This document shows positions 8,801-18,831 of a stretch of 37,747 nucleotides of DNA, piece by piece. Source of the stretch: Elainellaceae cyanobacterium (GTDB lineage: Bacteria; Cyanobacteriota; Cyanobacteriia; CAZCXK01); NCBI GenBank assembly GCA_051117555.1, contig JBNPEG010000021.1, positions 1 to 37,747 on the forward strand, given 5' to 3'. A program made the translations under genes and the position numbers. Under the pieces are notes generated by a model. The model ran no database searches. It was given only the letters and a program-made list of their open reading frames with translations, and was not told where the DNA came from. The stretch's first letter is position 1, and each line of letters starts with the position of its first letter.

Positions 8801-9940
8801 TTATCTCGCCAGGACAGGGGCAGCGTGGGGCTGTTTGATCAGGCGCTGAGCATCGTCTGCCGCAACCAAACCCACAAGGCGGCGATCGCCATCGAGAACC
8901 GGCAAAAACCGCACCCCATAGCTCAACATTTCTGAGAAGGCATCCCGCATGGTTGCTTCTTCTTCAGTGGTTGCAATGATCTCATGCACGATTTCGTGAG
9001 CATACTTACCAGGCTGAGCCTGGACTCCTTCAAGGGTGACATAGCCAATCAGCGTTTGAGTATCGTCGACGATAAACAGGCTATCGAGGTCGTGCTGCCG
9101 CATCCGCTTGACCAGATCAGAGGCAGGTTCATCGTAGTAGCCGAGCGTCGGATTGGTATGCATCACCTCGCTGACGCGCACGAGCGTCAGCTTTTTCAAC
9201 CCTCGATCTGAGCCGACAAAATCTGCAATAAACCCATTGGCAGGATTGGAGAGAATATTCGTCGGCGTATCAATCTGCTGAAGGACGCCACCCACTTGCA
9301 AAATGCAGATGAGCGTTCCCATTTTGAGGGCTTCATCAATATCGTGCGTCACGAACATGATGGTCTTTTTCAACTGCTTCTGTAATTGGAGAAACTCATT
9401 TTGCAGGCGATCGCGCGTAATCGGGTCGATTGCGCCAAAGGGTTCGTCCATGAGCATCACAGGAGGATCAGCAGCAAGCGCCCGTGCCACACCCACGCGC
9501 TGACGCTGCCCGCCCGAAAGCTGCCGAGGATGGCGATCGCGAAACTGTACCGGGTCGAGCCCTACAATGTCTAGCAGCTCATCCACGCGGCGATCGATGC
9601 GAGCCTTGCTCCAGCCAAGCATTTGGGGCACAAGGGCAATATTGTCTCGAATCGTGAAATGAGGGAATAGACCAATCTGCTGGATAACATACCCAATGTT
9701 GCGCCGTAGCTCAATCGTGTCTTGTTTAAGAATGTTGCGTCCTCCAACAAAGATGGCGCCACTGGTTGGCTCGATCAGACGATTCACCATTTTCATGGCG
9801 GTGGTTTTGCCACATCCCGATGGCCCAATGACGACGCAGGTTTCGCCTTCAGGAACAGAAATCGTTAAATTCTGTACCGCAGGCTTGCCTGAGCCTGGAT
9901 ACAGCTTCGTGACATCATCAAATTGGATCATCGGCGTCAT
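8801..9940 (-). CDS. Betaine/choline ABC ATP-binding protein with C-terminal CBS pair (OpuCA/OsmV-like)
   Basis: Walker A GPSGCGKTT, IGYVIQQIGLFPH, LSGGQRQR, MLMDEPFGAIDP, VTHD; CBS-like C-terminus. Confidence 0.95.
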   Translation of the reverse strand: MTPMIQFDDVTKLYPGSGKPAVQNLTISVPEGETCVVIGPSGCGKTTAMKMVNRLIEPTSGAIFVGGRNILKQDTIELRRNIGYVIQQIGLFPHFTIRDNIALVPQMLGWSKARIDRRVDELLDIVGLDPVQFRDRHPRQLSGGQRQRVGVARALAADPPVMLMDEPFGAIDPITRDRLQNEFLQLQKQLKKTIMFVTHDIDEALKMGTLICILQVGGVLQQIDTPTNILSNPANGFIADFVGSDRGLKKLTLVRVSEVMHTNPTLGYYDEPASDLVKRMRQHDLDSLFIVDDTQTLIGYVTLEGVQAQPGKYAHEIVHEIIATTEEEATMRDAFSEMLSYGVRFLPVLDGDRRLVGLVAADDAQRLIKQPHAAPVLAR

Positions 9941-10481
9941 TTTAGAGGTTTTTTTTAACTAAATTTTTCAACTAATTATTGATTTGTGGGTATTGCCATT
10001 ATTGAAACGTCTACTAATTAATAGAAATTAACTCAGATTCTTCGGTAACTGTCCACACTATTTCAATCTTTCTTAATTAAGAAAAAATAGTCAAGAAAGA
10101 CTTAAGTGGAGGCACTTATGATCGAATGTTTTCAGATAAAAATCTAGACACTTCAACTATTGCACGAGTTTTATAGATGCAATAGTTTTATTCTTGCTAA
10201 ATTCAAGTACTTTGGTAACCTTATCTGGATTTCAAGTAGCGATTTGTTTCAGGTATTACAAAATTAGATTCTAAAGCAATAAGTAGATAGCCGTAATCAA
10301 ATATAAAACCCTATGTTACGTGCGGTGCAGGGCCTTGAATCTGTTTCTTAATGATGGCGATGTATTTATAAATCATTAGGTTTAGGAACGTATTGGTTTT
10401 AGGGGGGTGATGCGTTACGCTACCGCTAACACATCCTACGAAAATTTGAGACTATCTACTTACGACTTAAACAATTTCCAA

Positions 10482-12125
10482 ATGAATCCGTTTACAGTTC
10501 GGCAGGCGTTAGACTTGCCAATATTCGCATCTTCGCAATTGGTTGCAGGCAAAAAAGGACTGGATAATTCTATTCATTGGGTGCATGTGGTTGACATCAC
10601 AAATGCTCATTATCAATGGGAACGAAAAGGAGTCCTGCTTTTAACAAGTGGGTTAGGACTTTATAAGAATCCAGATCATCAAAAATCTCTCGTTAATCGA
10701 CTGACTCAACTCGGATTTGCAGGGCTAGTACTCAGTACAGAGCACTATTTTGACCACATTCCAGATATCATTCGTCATGATGCCGACCGTCTCGGGTTGC
10801 CCATCATCGAAACGCCTCCTGATCTACTATTTATTCAAATCACTGAAGCCATCTTAGAACGCCTTGTTAATCAGCAATATACGTTACTTCAACAGTCGGC
10901 ACACATCAATCAGCAACTTACTAACCTCGTTCTGCAAGGAGCCTCCCTCCATGATTTAGCGTCCACACTCGCTGAATTACTTCAGAGAGCGATCGCCATT
11001 GAATCTCCTACCTTTCAGCTATTAGCAGCGGCACCCTATGGCCTGACCGATCCAGCCTGGGAGCATACTATTTCCCAGGGGCGATCGATGCCTGAGATCA
11101 TCCATCATCTAGCGGATAGGAAAGCCCATGAGCAACGGATGCAAACCTTGAAACCTCAGCACCTGCCGCCCAATTCTGAGATAGGCATGACGATGGCGCG
11201 CGTCGTTGCCCCCGTTGTGGTCAACCAGATTATTTACGGCTATATCTGGCTAGTTGTAGGGCATCAACCCTTGACTCCGCTGGATGAGCTTTCATTAGAT
11301 CATGGTGCTACTGTTGCTGCGCTGATGTTGGTCAAAGAGCAAGCTGTCCGCAATGTAGAAGACACCCTACACGGTGACTTTTTTACTCAACTATTAGAAG
11401 GAAGTAGCCCGCTAAGCCTGTTGCAAGAGCAAGCTCAACGATTAAACTACCGCTTAGATCAGTCTCATCAAGTCTTATTGATTCGGCATGCAACGTCCTC
11501 ACAAAAAGCGATTCAGCCTCTTCAAGTATCAATAAAACAAAGATTAGCTCAGTCCTATCGATCGTTCTTGATCGTCGGTCGAGACGATCATCTCGTCGTC
11601 GTGTTAGAGTGCGATCAGCCGAGTCAAGGAAAGCATCTTGCAGACGACTTATTGACGACGCTAAGCCCGCTGACCTGTCCATTAATCATTGGCATTGGCA
11701 CGGTTTTCCCTGCGGGAGATACTCATTCCAATGGCGTGCGGCAAAGTTATGAACACGCGCAGGAGGCTACCCAGATTGGTATCCTGCTAAAACGACACGG
11801 GGCGATCGCCTTCGAGGACTTAGGACTTCTTCATTGGCTCTATCACCTGCCTCCTACTCATCGAGCTAACAATCTCTATTTGCATCATGTGCGTACACTT
11901 ACCGCACATGACGAACGACGCGGAGCCCAATTGCTAGATACGCTTGAAACCTACCTCGACCGAGGATGTTCGATCGCAGAAGCGGCTGACGTCTTATATA
12001 TCCATCGCAACACCTTGCTCCATCGCCTCGAACGCATCGAATCGCTGTGCGACCTCAATCTACGAGATGCCATTCAATGTTTGAACCTGCATGTCGCGAT
12101 TAAAAGCTACCGGCTGCATGGTTGA
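10482..12125 (+). CDS. PucR-family transcriptional regulator
   Basis: N-terminal PucR motif (LVAGKKGLDNSIHWVHV..LLLTSG), C-terminal HTH LLDTLETYLD..AADVLYIHRNTLLHRLERIE. ATG 10482 preferred to 10407. Confidence 0.92.
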   Translation: MNPFTVRQALDLPIFASSQLVAGKKGLDNSIHWVHVVDITNAHYQWERKGVLLLTSGLGLYKNPDHQKSLVNRLTQLGFAGLVLSTEHYFDHIPDIIRHDADRLGLPIIETPPDLLFIQITEAILERLVNQQYTLLQQSAHINQQLTNLVLQGASLHDLASTLAELLQRAIAIESPTFQLLAAAPYGLTDPAWEHTISQGRSMPEIIHHLADRKAHEQRMQTLKPQHLPPNSEIGMTMARVVAPVVVNQIIYGYIWLVVGHQPLTPLDELSLDHGATVAALMLVKEQAVRNVEDTLHGDFFTQLLEGSSPLSLLQEQAQRLNYRLDQSHQVLLIRHATSSQKAIQPLQVSIKQRLAQSYRSFLIVGRDDHLVVVLECDQPSQGKHLADDLLTTLSPLTCPLIIGIGTVFPAGDTHSNGVRQSYEHAQEATQIGILLKRHGAIAFEDLGLLHWLYHLPPTHRANNLYLHHVRTLTAHDERRGAQLLDTLETYLDRGCSIAEAADVLYIHRNTLLHRLERIESLCDLNLRDAIQCLNLHVAIKSYRLHG

Positions 12126-13373
12126 GGACGGGGATGGGGCTGAGCTGGGCTGGAGCCATCGAACATACCAGTTGATAAACTCCACTACCGACGCTTCCAT
12201 CAAGGGTGATAGATGGCCTGGCTGATAGGCTGCTGAGCAAATTCCTGCATAATTGTGTTCACATAGTTGCCAGTCTTGCTCGCTCGTTGCCCGCCAGACT
12301 GCTGCGACATCGTCAATCGAATAGTCGCGTCCTTCAACGGCATCATCACGCACTAGAAAGGCGACTTCGACTTGAGTTTGACGCGCATTGACCGGAATCA
12401 CGCGGGTTGTCATCGCGTAGTCAGCATTGGCGTGCCCCCAGAAATTTGGCAATCCAATTAATCGCAGGCTGCCTACATTCGCGTCGGAGATCTCCCCCAT
12501 GAGGGGTGCCGTGAGGCGACCGTCGAGACTTTCAGTTAAGAAGCCTTGTTTGAGGGGGAACCGTGAGACGCGAAACCAAGCCCCATTTGGAAAGCTCACG
12601 TCACGGGGGTGCAAGCCCAGTACTTCCCAGTGACGATGGGCATCCGCCAATGTCTGCTGAAAGCGATAGTTGCCGTTGCGATCGTCTCCCGGCAAGCCAG
12701 AATCGTAATTCGCCATCATAAATTCAGGATGGGCACCCTGACAGTGATAGCACTCTCGGTTGTTTTCGATGATGGTTTTCCAGTTGGCATTCACTTGATA
12801 GCGATCGCGCGCAATCACCTTAGCGCGATCAAGCCGATGGGGAAAGAGCTGAGGGGCGATCGCCTCTACTGCTGCTTCAAAGTCGGGTGGGTGCGGTGAT
12901 AGACAGACAAATACTAATCCGGCGAGTTCACGAACGTGAGCAGACATTAAGCCGTGGGCGTCTCGATCAAAGTCATCGCCCATAAACCGAGCCGCTTTCA
13001 GGGTGCCGTTGAGCTGATATGACCAGCCATGATACGGACAAACCAGCGCTTTAGAACAGCCGCGATCGCCCCATGCTAAGTTCGACCCACGATGGCGGCA
13101 CACGTTGAAATGAGCCTGTACGCTACCATCATGATCTCGAACTATAATCAACGATTCATCACCTACTTTGAATGTGATGTACTGACCCGGTGTTGCGATC
13201 TCGCAGCTATGGCCTGCAAACAGCCACTGGGTCTGAAAAATTTGGCCCATGTCTGCATCAAAGATTGCCTCATTGGTGTAGAAGGCTTGCGGCAGTGTCA
13301 TGCCGGGCGTGTAGCGTTCAAGTAATGAGATTAGGGTATTCATGGGGAAATGAAAGATTGACTTGCTATCCAA
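12060..13373 (-). CDS. Rieske non-heme iron oxygenase alpha subunit, GbcA/Stc2-like betaine demethylase
   Basis: Rieske CRHRG..CPYHGW; mononuclear-iron motif NWKTIIENNRECYHC..H; distal EQD. Alternative start 13343. Confidence 0.85.
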   Translation of the reverse strand: MDSKSIFHFPMNTLISLLERYTPGMTLPQAFYTNEAIFDADMGQIFQTQWLFAGHSCEIATPGQYITFKVGDESLIIVRDHDGSVQAHFNVCRHRGSNLAWGDRGCSKALVCPYHGWSYQLNGTLKAARFMGDDFDRDAHGLMSAHVRELAGLVFVCLSPHPPDFEAAVEAIAPQLFPHRLDRAKVIARDRYQVNANWKTIIENNRECYHCQGAHPEFMMANYDSGLPGDDRNGNYRFQQTLADAHRHWEVLGLHPRDVSFPNGAWFRVSRFPLKQGFLTESLDGRLTAPLMGEISDANVGSLRLIGLPNFWGHANADYAMTTRVIPVNARQTQVEVAFLVRDDAVEGRDYSIDDVAAVWRATSEQDWQLCEHNYAGICSAAYQPGHLSPLMEASVVEFINWYVRWLQPSSAPSPSSTMQPVAFNRDMQVQTLNGIS

Positions 13374-13397
13374 TTCGTCAAATCTGCCTCGATCTGG

Positions 13398-13425
13398 GTA
13401 GGGACAAAGGACTGTTTGCCCCCCA
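13398..13425. repeat. Degenerate GTAG-type REP palindrome
   Basis: GTAGGGACAAAGGACTGTTTGCCCC between the oxidase and Rieske genes. Confidence 0.4.
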
Positions 13426-13437
13426 GCGTTTAGTCAT

Positions 13438-14616
13438 TTAAACCCGCAGTGATGGCACAAAGTCTCGTTCGATCAAAGCCGGACGGTTAAACGTAAAGAG
13501 AGACATATCGTGTTGGGAGACTCCGTCAATGGCAAGGTCACTCAAAATTTGCCCCAGCAAGCTAGCAAACTTGTAAGCATGCCCTGCCCCCACGCAGGCA
13601 ACGATTTGCGGGAGGTTGGGGAGTGCATCGAGGATAAAGTCCCGATCGGGTGGAAGGGTGTATAAGCACGTCTTGGTATACAGTTTGGGACCCACAAAGT
13701 TAGGGATATGCGTCGTCAAAAAGTCATCAAGCTGCTGTTCTCGCGCCGCGTTTGGCTCAAAGCTGCGAGTCTTAGCAGTAACCACGTCACCGGAGGCATC
13801 AATGGCGGCTTTGGTCGCAACTTCACCATAGATGGGAAAGCCATAATAGCTCGACTCATCTTTCCACTGGAAGACGGGAAATCGTCCGATAGAAAATTCC
13901 TTTAGATTCGGTGTCGAATAGTAGGTGACTTGTTCTTGCGTGACCGTCAGCGGAATCTGCATTCCCACGGATGCCAGCAGGGAGCTAGTCCATGCTCCAG
14001 CCGTAACCACAAGCCGATTACACGTAAACGATCCTTTTTCCGTTTTGATAAGAACTCCGTCTCCCAACTGATCCGGTTGGATGCTGATGACTGGACATTC
14101 TGCCAAAATCGTTGCGCCGTTGCTACGCGCCAACGAAATGTGAATTGCGTTGCCTCGTGATGGATCAACGATGCCGGTTTGTTCCTGATAAAGAGCGATC
14201 ACCTCGCCTTGGGGCTGAAATTGGGGAAAGCGATCGCGCAATTCATCCGTATCTAAGCGCTCATACGCAATGCCGGCTCGATCCATTGCAGTCGCATAAT
14301 CTTCGACAATTTGTCGGTAGGGGCGATCCTGATACGCAATTTGTACCCCCCCCGTTTTTATCACCGGCGAAATCCCCGATTCCTCAGCAATGGCATCCCA
14401 TGCTTGGTAGGCATAGGGAGTTAGACGCGCATATTTTTCTTGATGATAGGCCAGCCGGATAATCCGCGAATAATCTTGAGATCCTCCATTCAAATGAAAG
14501 AGAGGAAACTGCTCAATGCCAAGCACCTCCGCGCCAACGCGCTTCGATAGCCAGTAAAGCGCTGCACTACCAATACCGCCACAGCCGAGAACGATGTAGT
14601 CGAAATGGGTTTTCAT
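13438..14616 (-). CDS. solA: Monomeric sarcosine oxidase / N-methyl-L-tryptophan oxidase family flavoprotein
   Basis: GCGGIG FAD motif, GGSQDYSRIIRLAY, TAGAW, KTCLYT (covalent-FAD Cys motif), GHAYKFA. Start at ATG 14616 (MKTHFD). Confidence 0.88.
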   Translation of the reverse strand: MKTHFDYIVLGCGGIGSAALYWLSKRVGAEVLGIEQFPLFHLNGGSQDYSRIIRLAYHQEKYARLTPYAYQAWDAIAEESGISPVIKTGGVQIAYQDRPYRQIVEDYATAMDRAGIAYERLDTDELRDRFPQFQPQGEVIALYQEQTGIVDPSRGNAIHISLARSNGATILAECPVISIQPDQLGDGVLIKTEKGSFTCNRLVVTAGAWTSSLLASVGMQIPLTVTQEQVTYYSTPNLKEFSIGRFPVFQWKDESSYYGFPIYGEVATKAAIDASGDVVTAKTRSFEPNAAREQQLDDFLTTHIPNFVGPKLYTKTCLYTLPPDRDFILDALPNLPQIVACVGAGHAYKFASLLGQILSDLAIDGVSQHDMSLFTFNRPALIERDFVPSLRV

Positions 14617-14779
14617 GAAAGACTCGCTCGATGAAGAATGATGCCACAATCCGATGTCATTACGCCTCATGATAAGGAGGATGCTTCGAAAGACTCAATG
14701 GCGATCGCGCACAACGTTTTCGGCCAACTCTTGTGCAAATTCATCAGATCACCCCCATTCTTCAAGAACAGTTTTTGTT

Positions 14780-16063
14780 TCACCGCTCCAACAAGCGTCT
14801 CGTCTGCTCTGCAGCAGCTTTCATCGCCACCTCAGGGTCAAACTGCCCGCGCAATGCTTTCCCTAAATAATCCTGTAAAATCAGCGAGGCGTTGGCATAG
14901 TCTGCAATGGGCGGGCGTAAGATTGCCTGCTCTGCGGCATTCACCAGATCAGGCGTTGGTAGCAGTGCCGTCCGGCTAGGAATGTAGCTCGTTTTTTGGA
15001 TGAATTGCTGCTGGGCTGACTGGCTGGTGAGATATTCAATCGCTTGCCATGCCTGGTTTGGATGCTGCGATCGCCTCGCAATGCCAAAGCCCCAACTGCC
15101 TTTGCAGCCTCCGCCCGTCTCCCCCTCAGTGTGAAGCGACATAGGAATCCGCTTGATCTGATCCCGTAAGGGTGAATTATCGGTTTCGGCTCGACTTAGC
15201 ACAAAGGGCCAATTTCGCATAAACACCGATTCCCCTTGCTGGAAGGCGAGAAACGCTTCGTCATCCGTATATGGATTGGTGATAGGCGGCGATATCCCCA
15301 ACTCAATCGTCTTCAAGAGAAATTTAACAGCGGCGATCGCCTCTGGATGATCCAGCCCGACCGCTTGCGTTTCAGAATCAATCCAAAAGCCACCATAGCC
15401 GTGGAGCACCTCGACAAAGGTGGTGACGAGCCCTTCCCGCTGAGACTGCCAGAGATATCCCCAGGGCGCAGCGCCTTGAGCTTGCAAAGCTTGAGAGATT
15501 TGTAGCAGATCTTGAAACGTAGTGGGGGGCGAATAGCCTGCTTGCGTCAGCAAATCATCCCGGTAATACAGCATGCCAAAATCAGCCCGAAACGGAATGC
15601 GGTACAGCCCGTCTCCATAACGTCCGGCGGTGACCTCACTGTCAACAAATGAATTCAATTGATCAGCCGAAATCTTGGGGTCGAGATTTTTCAGCCAGCC
15701 TCGCGCGGCTAATTCGGGCACCCATATCACATCGAGGTAGATAATGTCGCAGAGCGATCGCTCGGTCACCTCCAAGGTGCACAGTTCTTTGAGATTAACG
15801 GTGATATCTCCTTGGGGATTGTTTAGCCCGATCGGGCGAATGCGAATATCGGGATGATTGGCCTCAAAGTCTTGAATAATGTCTGACCAATAGGGAATCT
15901 CAGATGCAGGAACTACGAGCGTTAGCGACACGGGAGGCCACGTCAGATACAGCACCCCTAAAACCACCAATTGCGCGATCGCCAGTCGTCCCCAGATGCT
16001 GGTTAATCCAAAGACGTGCAACACTTTTCGAAATTTGTACCACGGTCGGCTACGTTTCATCAT
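14780..16063 (-). CDS. Sugar-type ABC transporter substrate-binding protein (stand-alone)
   Basis: DIIYLDVIWVPELA, LYRIPF..DFGMLYYR.DLL, FMRNWP motifs; no permease adjacent. Confidence 0.85.
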   Translation of the reverse strand: MMKRSRPWYKFRKVLHVFGLTSIWGRLAIAQLVVLGVLYLTWPPVSLTLVVPASEIPYWSDIIQDFEANHPDIRIRPIGLNNPQGDITVNLKELCTLEVTERSLCDIIYLDVIWVPELAARGWLKNLDPKISADQLNSFVDSEVTAGRYGDGLYRIPFRADFGMLYYRDDLLTQAGYSPPTTFQDLLQISQALQAQGAAPWGYLWQSQREGLVTTFVEVLHGYGGFWIDSETQAVGLDHPEAIAAVKFLLKTIELGISPPITNPYTDDEAFLAFQQGESVFMRNWPFVLSRAETDNSPLRDQIKRIPMSLHTEGETGGGCKGSWGFGIARRSQHPNQAWQAIEYLTSQSAQQQFIQKTSYIPSRTALLPTPDLVNAAEQAILRPPIADYANASLILQDYLGKALRGQFDPEVAMKAAAEQTRRLLER

Positions 16064-16256
16064 CTCGGGTATCTAGACAGGCGATCGCCTCTGCTCTATT
16101 CTCTATCCTCCTCTGTTCTGATCGGGTGTCGATTTATCATGCAAATAGGGGAGTGCGTTATACCAAGTCGAGCTCGGGATCTGGTATTTTCTCACAGGCA
16201 GAACTCCCGTTCTAGACTTGGATGAAGGTTAGAAATTATTGAGGAGTTTTGCATCC

Positions 16257-16832
16257 ATGCTCACATCTACAGACTTCCGGGGACTATTGAATCCACGGTT
16301 TTTTAATAATCTTTTACCTGTTCCCTCCACCAACCAGTTTAAGCAGGGCACTCTCGCTCCCCCCTTTCAACTACTCGATGTCCAGGCAGGAAACCAAGTT
16401 AGGCTGTCTGACTTTACAGGGCATTCTCGATCAGACTCGGAAGCTCCCAGGCGCTCGGTTTTGTTAGCGTTTACTCGCATCTTTACCGAAAAGCAATATT
16501 GTCCCCTCTGTTTTCCTCACACCGTTGCGCTGAATAAAGCCTATGACCAGTTTCGAGAGCGAGGCGCTGACGTCTTGCTGATTACAAGCACCGATCCAAA
16601 ACAAAGCCAGATTGTCGCTCAAGATTTGGGGCTGAAAATGCCGTTTCTAAGTGACCCCAGTTGTCGTGTCTTCCGAGCCTATCAAACTGGGCAAGCATTA
16701 GGCGCACCGCTTCCGGCTCAGTTTGTAGTTGATTCAGCCGGTAAACTTCGATTTCGGCATTTATTCTCATTTTTGTCACCCAACGCCGATATTGAGCGAC
16801 TCCTATCCGAAGTGGATCGGGTGATGACCTAA
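16257..16832 (+). CDS. AhpC/TSA peroxiredoxin-like protein
   Basis: APPFQL, FTRIFTEKQYCPLCFPH (CxxC), LSDP, PAQFVVD; ATG 16257 follows GAGGAG. Confidence 0.85.
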   Translation: MLTSTDFRGLLNPRFFNNLLPVPSTNQFKQGTLAPPFQLLDVQAGNQVRLSDFTGHSRSDSEAPRRSVLLAFTRIFTEKQYCPLCFPHTVALNKAYDQFRERGADVLLITSTDPKQSQIVAQDLGLKMPFLSDPSCRVFRAYQTGQALGAPLPAQFVVDSAGKLRFRHLFSFLSPNADIERLLSEVDRVMT

Positions 16833-16911
16833 AAGCAGTCAATCTGCACAGAAACCAATTGGTTTGAGCCATGATAAATCCGTAGAGTCGAAGAGACATG
16901 GGTTTTCCATA

Positions 16912-17955
16912 ATGCAGAAAAATGACACCCCTGCGCTAATTGCTACCCTGTTATTTACGGTTGGGCTCATTGGAGCCGGGATCTGGTGGGTTACTCAGCA
17001 GGTTAATGTTGATTTGGGCAATGTGATCCGCCGTCAGCAGGCGACGTCTCAATCGACTTCCAGCACGTCAACTCCAACAGGAAACCGCCTGTCTGATAGT
17101 CAGGTGCCATCTGGGCTATTTAACTATGGGGGCAGCACGACGTGGGCTCCAATTCGAGGTTCGGTCGATCAGGCAATCCAGCAAGCCCATCCTCAATTCC
17201 AACTGCGCTACACAAACCCAACTAATGCTGCACCAGGTTCTGGAACTGGTATTCAAATGCTGTTAGACAATCAACTATCCTTTGCACAGTCGTCTCGATC
17301 GCTTAGTGCTGATGAATATCAGGCCGCTCAACAGCGCGGGTTTGCGCTCAAAGAGATTCCGGTTGCGCTCGAAGGAATTGCGATCGCCGTTCACCCTGAC
17401 CTAGACGTTCCGGGACTGACGCTGAATCAACTAAACGACATCTATACCGGGCAAATTACAAACTGGAGCCAAGTAGGTGGCCCCAATTTGGCGATTGTTC
17501 CCTATTCTCGACGTGAGGACGGCGGAACCGTCGAATTCTTCATTAGCAATATTCTCGGTGGCGCAGATTTCAGCAATAGCGTTCAATTTCTACCCACAAC
17601 GACACAAGCATTGCGGGCTGTCTCGTCTACTCCTGGCGGAATTTACTATGCATCAGCTCCCGAGGTCATCGGGCAGTGTACCACAAAGCCATTACCCATT
17701 GGCATTCAGCCCAACCAGTGGGTAGCCCCGTATCAAGAGCCGCTCGTACCGACCTCTCAATGCCCAGCTCAACGCAATCAAATTAATACCGCCGTGTTGC
17801 AAAGCGGAGCGTATCCAATTACACGCCGATTGTTTGTCATTGTTAAAGTCAACGATCAAATTGACCAGGAGGCCGGGGAAGCTTATGCAACCCTGCTTCT
17901 CTCGAATGAAGGTCAAGAATTGCTAAATCAAGCTGGCTTTGTGCGGATTCGCTGA
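16912..17955 (+). CDS. PstS-like (PBP domain) membrane-anchored binding protein
   Basis: N-terminal TM; FNYGGSTTWAP, GSGTGI, FAQSSR, IYTGQITNWSQVGGP, YPITRRLFV motifs. Confidence 0.85.
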   Translation: MQKNDTPALIATLLFTVGLIGAGIWWVTQQVNVDLGNVIRRQQATSQSTSSTSTPTGNRLSDSQVPSGLFNYGGSTTWAPIRGSVDQAIQQAHPQFQLRYTNPTNAAPGSGTGIQMLLDNQLSFAQSSRSLSADEYQAAQQRGFALKEIPVALEGIAIAVHPDLDVPGLTLNQLNDIYTGQITNWSQVGGPNLAIVPYSRREDGGTVEFFISNILGGADFSNSVQFLPTTTQALRAVSSTPGGIYYASAPEVIGQCTTKPLPIGIQPNQWVAPYQEPLVPTSQCPAQRNQINTAVLQSGAYPITRRLFVIVKVNDQIDQEAGEAYATLLLSNEGQELLNQAGFVRIR

Positions 17956-17978
17956 TTAAACAGTCTCAAATCGATGAA

Positions 17979-18677
17979 CTATGCTTGAACCTTCGTGATA
18001 GATTCGGCGGGCAAGCATAGCAAATTGTCACCATAGGTTTGGATCAATCCTTTCTGACGGAGCTTACCCATCAGCCGAGTCACAGTCACTCGCGTCGAGC
18101 CAATCGCACTGCCAATCTGAGCATGGGTTAAGACCCAGGGTAAGCAATACCCCGTTTCACAAGGTTCTCCATATTCTTCGATGAGAAGCGTTAGAAAGCC
18201 AAGTAACCGATCAATGGTGCGACGCTGACCCAATGTACTGAGCCAAAGTAATTTCCGCTGATGCTGGTAGCGAAAGGCATCTAGCACTTCTCTGCGAAAG
18301 TGGGGCCAATTATCTAAATCATGCCAATACATCCAGATAACGGCAGTCTGATCAACGTGGGCAAAGCTCTGAAGCGTAAAAGGAGACTGAGCCACAATCT
18401 CAAACGGTTGCCCTGCGCCAACAAATCCCAAAAATGCTTCTTCAGAATTTAAGCTTGACAGACGAGACGCACTGCCAGTCGCAGTCGCGCTCACCTGTGC
18501 CTCACCCACCAGCCTAACTGAGCCTCGCTGAACGAGATACAACAATCCAGGGCGGGCAGGCACCTTTTCATCTTTGCTAAAAATTCGACATCGATAGTGT
18601 TCCTGAGCCCAGTCAATAATTCGCTGCCAGGTCAGGAACGGTCGAGATGAATCTGATTGGGGGGATACTGAGTACAT
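17979..18677 (-). CDS. devH: Crp/Fnr-family transcriptional regulator, DevH homologue
   Basis: RPFLTWQRIIDWAQEHYR, WHDLDNWPHFRREV and HTH LTHAQIGSAIGSTRVTVTRLMGKLRQ match DevH as I recall it. Confidence 0.85.
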   Translation of the reverse strand: MYSVSPQSDSSRPFLTWQRIIDWAQEHYRCRIFSKDEKVPARPGLLYLVQRGSVRLVGEAQVSATATGSASRLSSLNSEEAFLGFVGAGQPFEIVAQSPFTLQSFAHVDQTAVIWMYWHDLDNWPHFRREVLDAFRYQHQRKLLWLSTLGQRRTIDRLLGFLTLLIEEYGEPCETGYCLPWVLTHAQIGSAIGSTRVTVTRLMGKLRQKGLIQTYGDNLLCLPAESITKVQA

Positions 18678-18789
18678 AGGAAGAGAGGGGTTGATCAGTC
18701 GAGACTTCGTGAACAGAACGGGGGCAAGTTGAAGCCAAGAAATCTGACAAGCTTTGCAGCCAAACAGGTTTCAATTGAAACTCAAGATA

Positions 18790-18831
18790 AGCGTATCGTT
18801 TATCCGTATTTGGTAAGGTAAGGAAAATTAC
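18790..18831 (-). promoter_or_regulatory. Canonical NtcA-activated promoter of devH
   Basis: GTA-N8-TAC at 18818-18831, exactly 22 nt spacer, then -10 TACGCT (TAN3T) at 18795-18790 on the minus strand. Confidence 0.8.

Noticed and set aside
10045..10058. NtcA site (GTG-N8-TAC variant) for the betaine ABC operon
   Set aside because: Non-canonical, with no TAN3T box 21-23 nt downstream on either strand.
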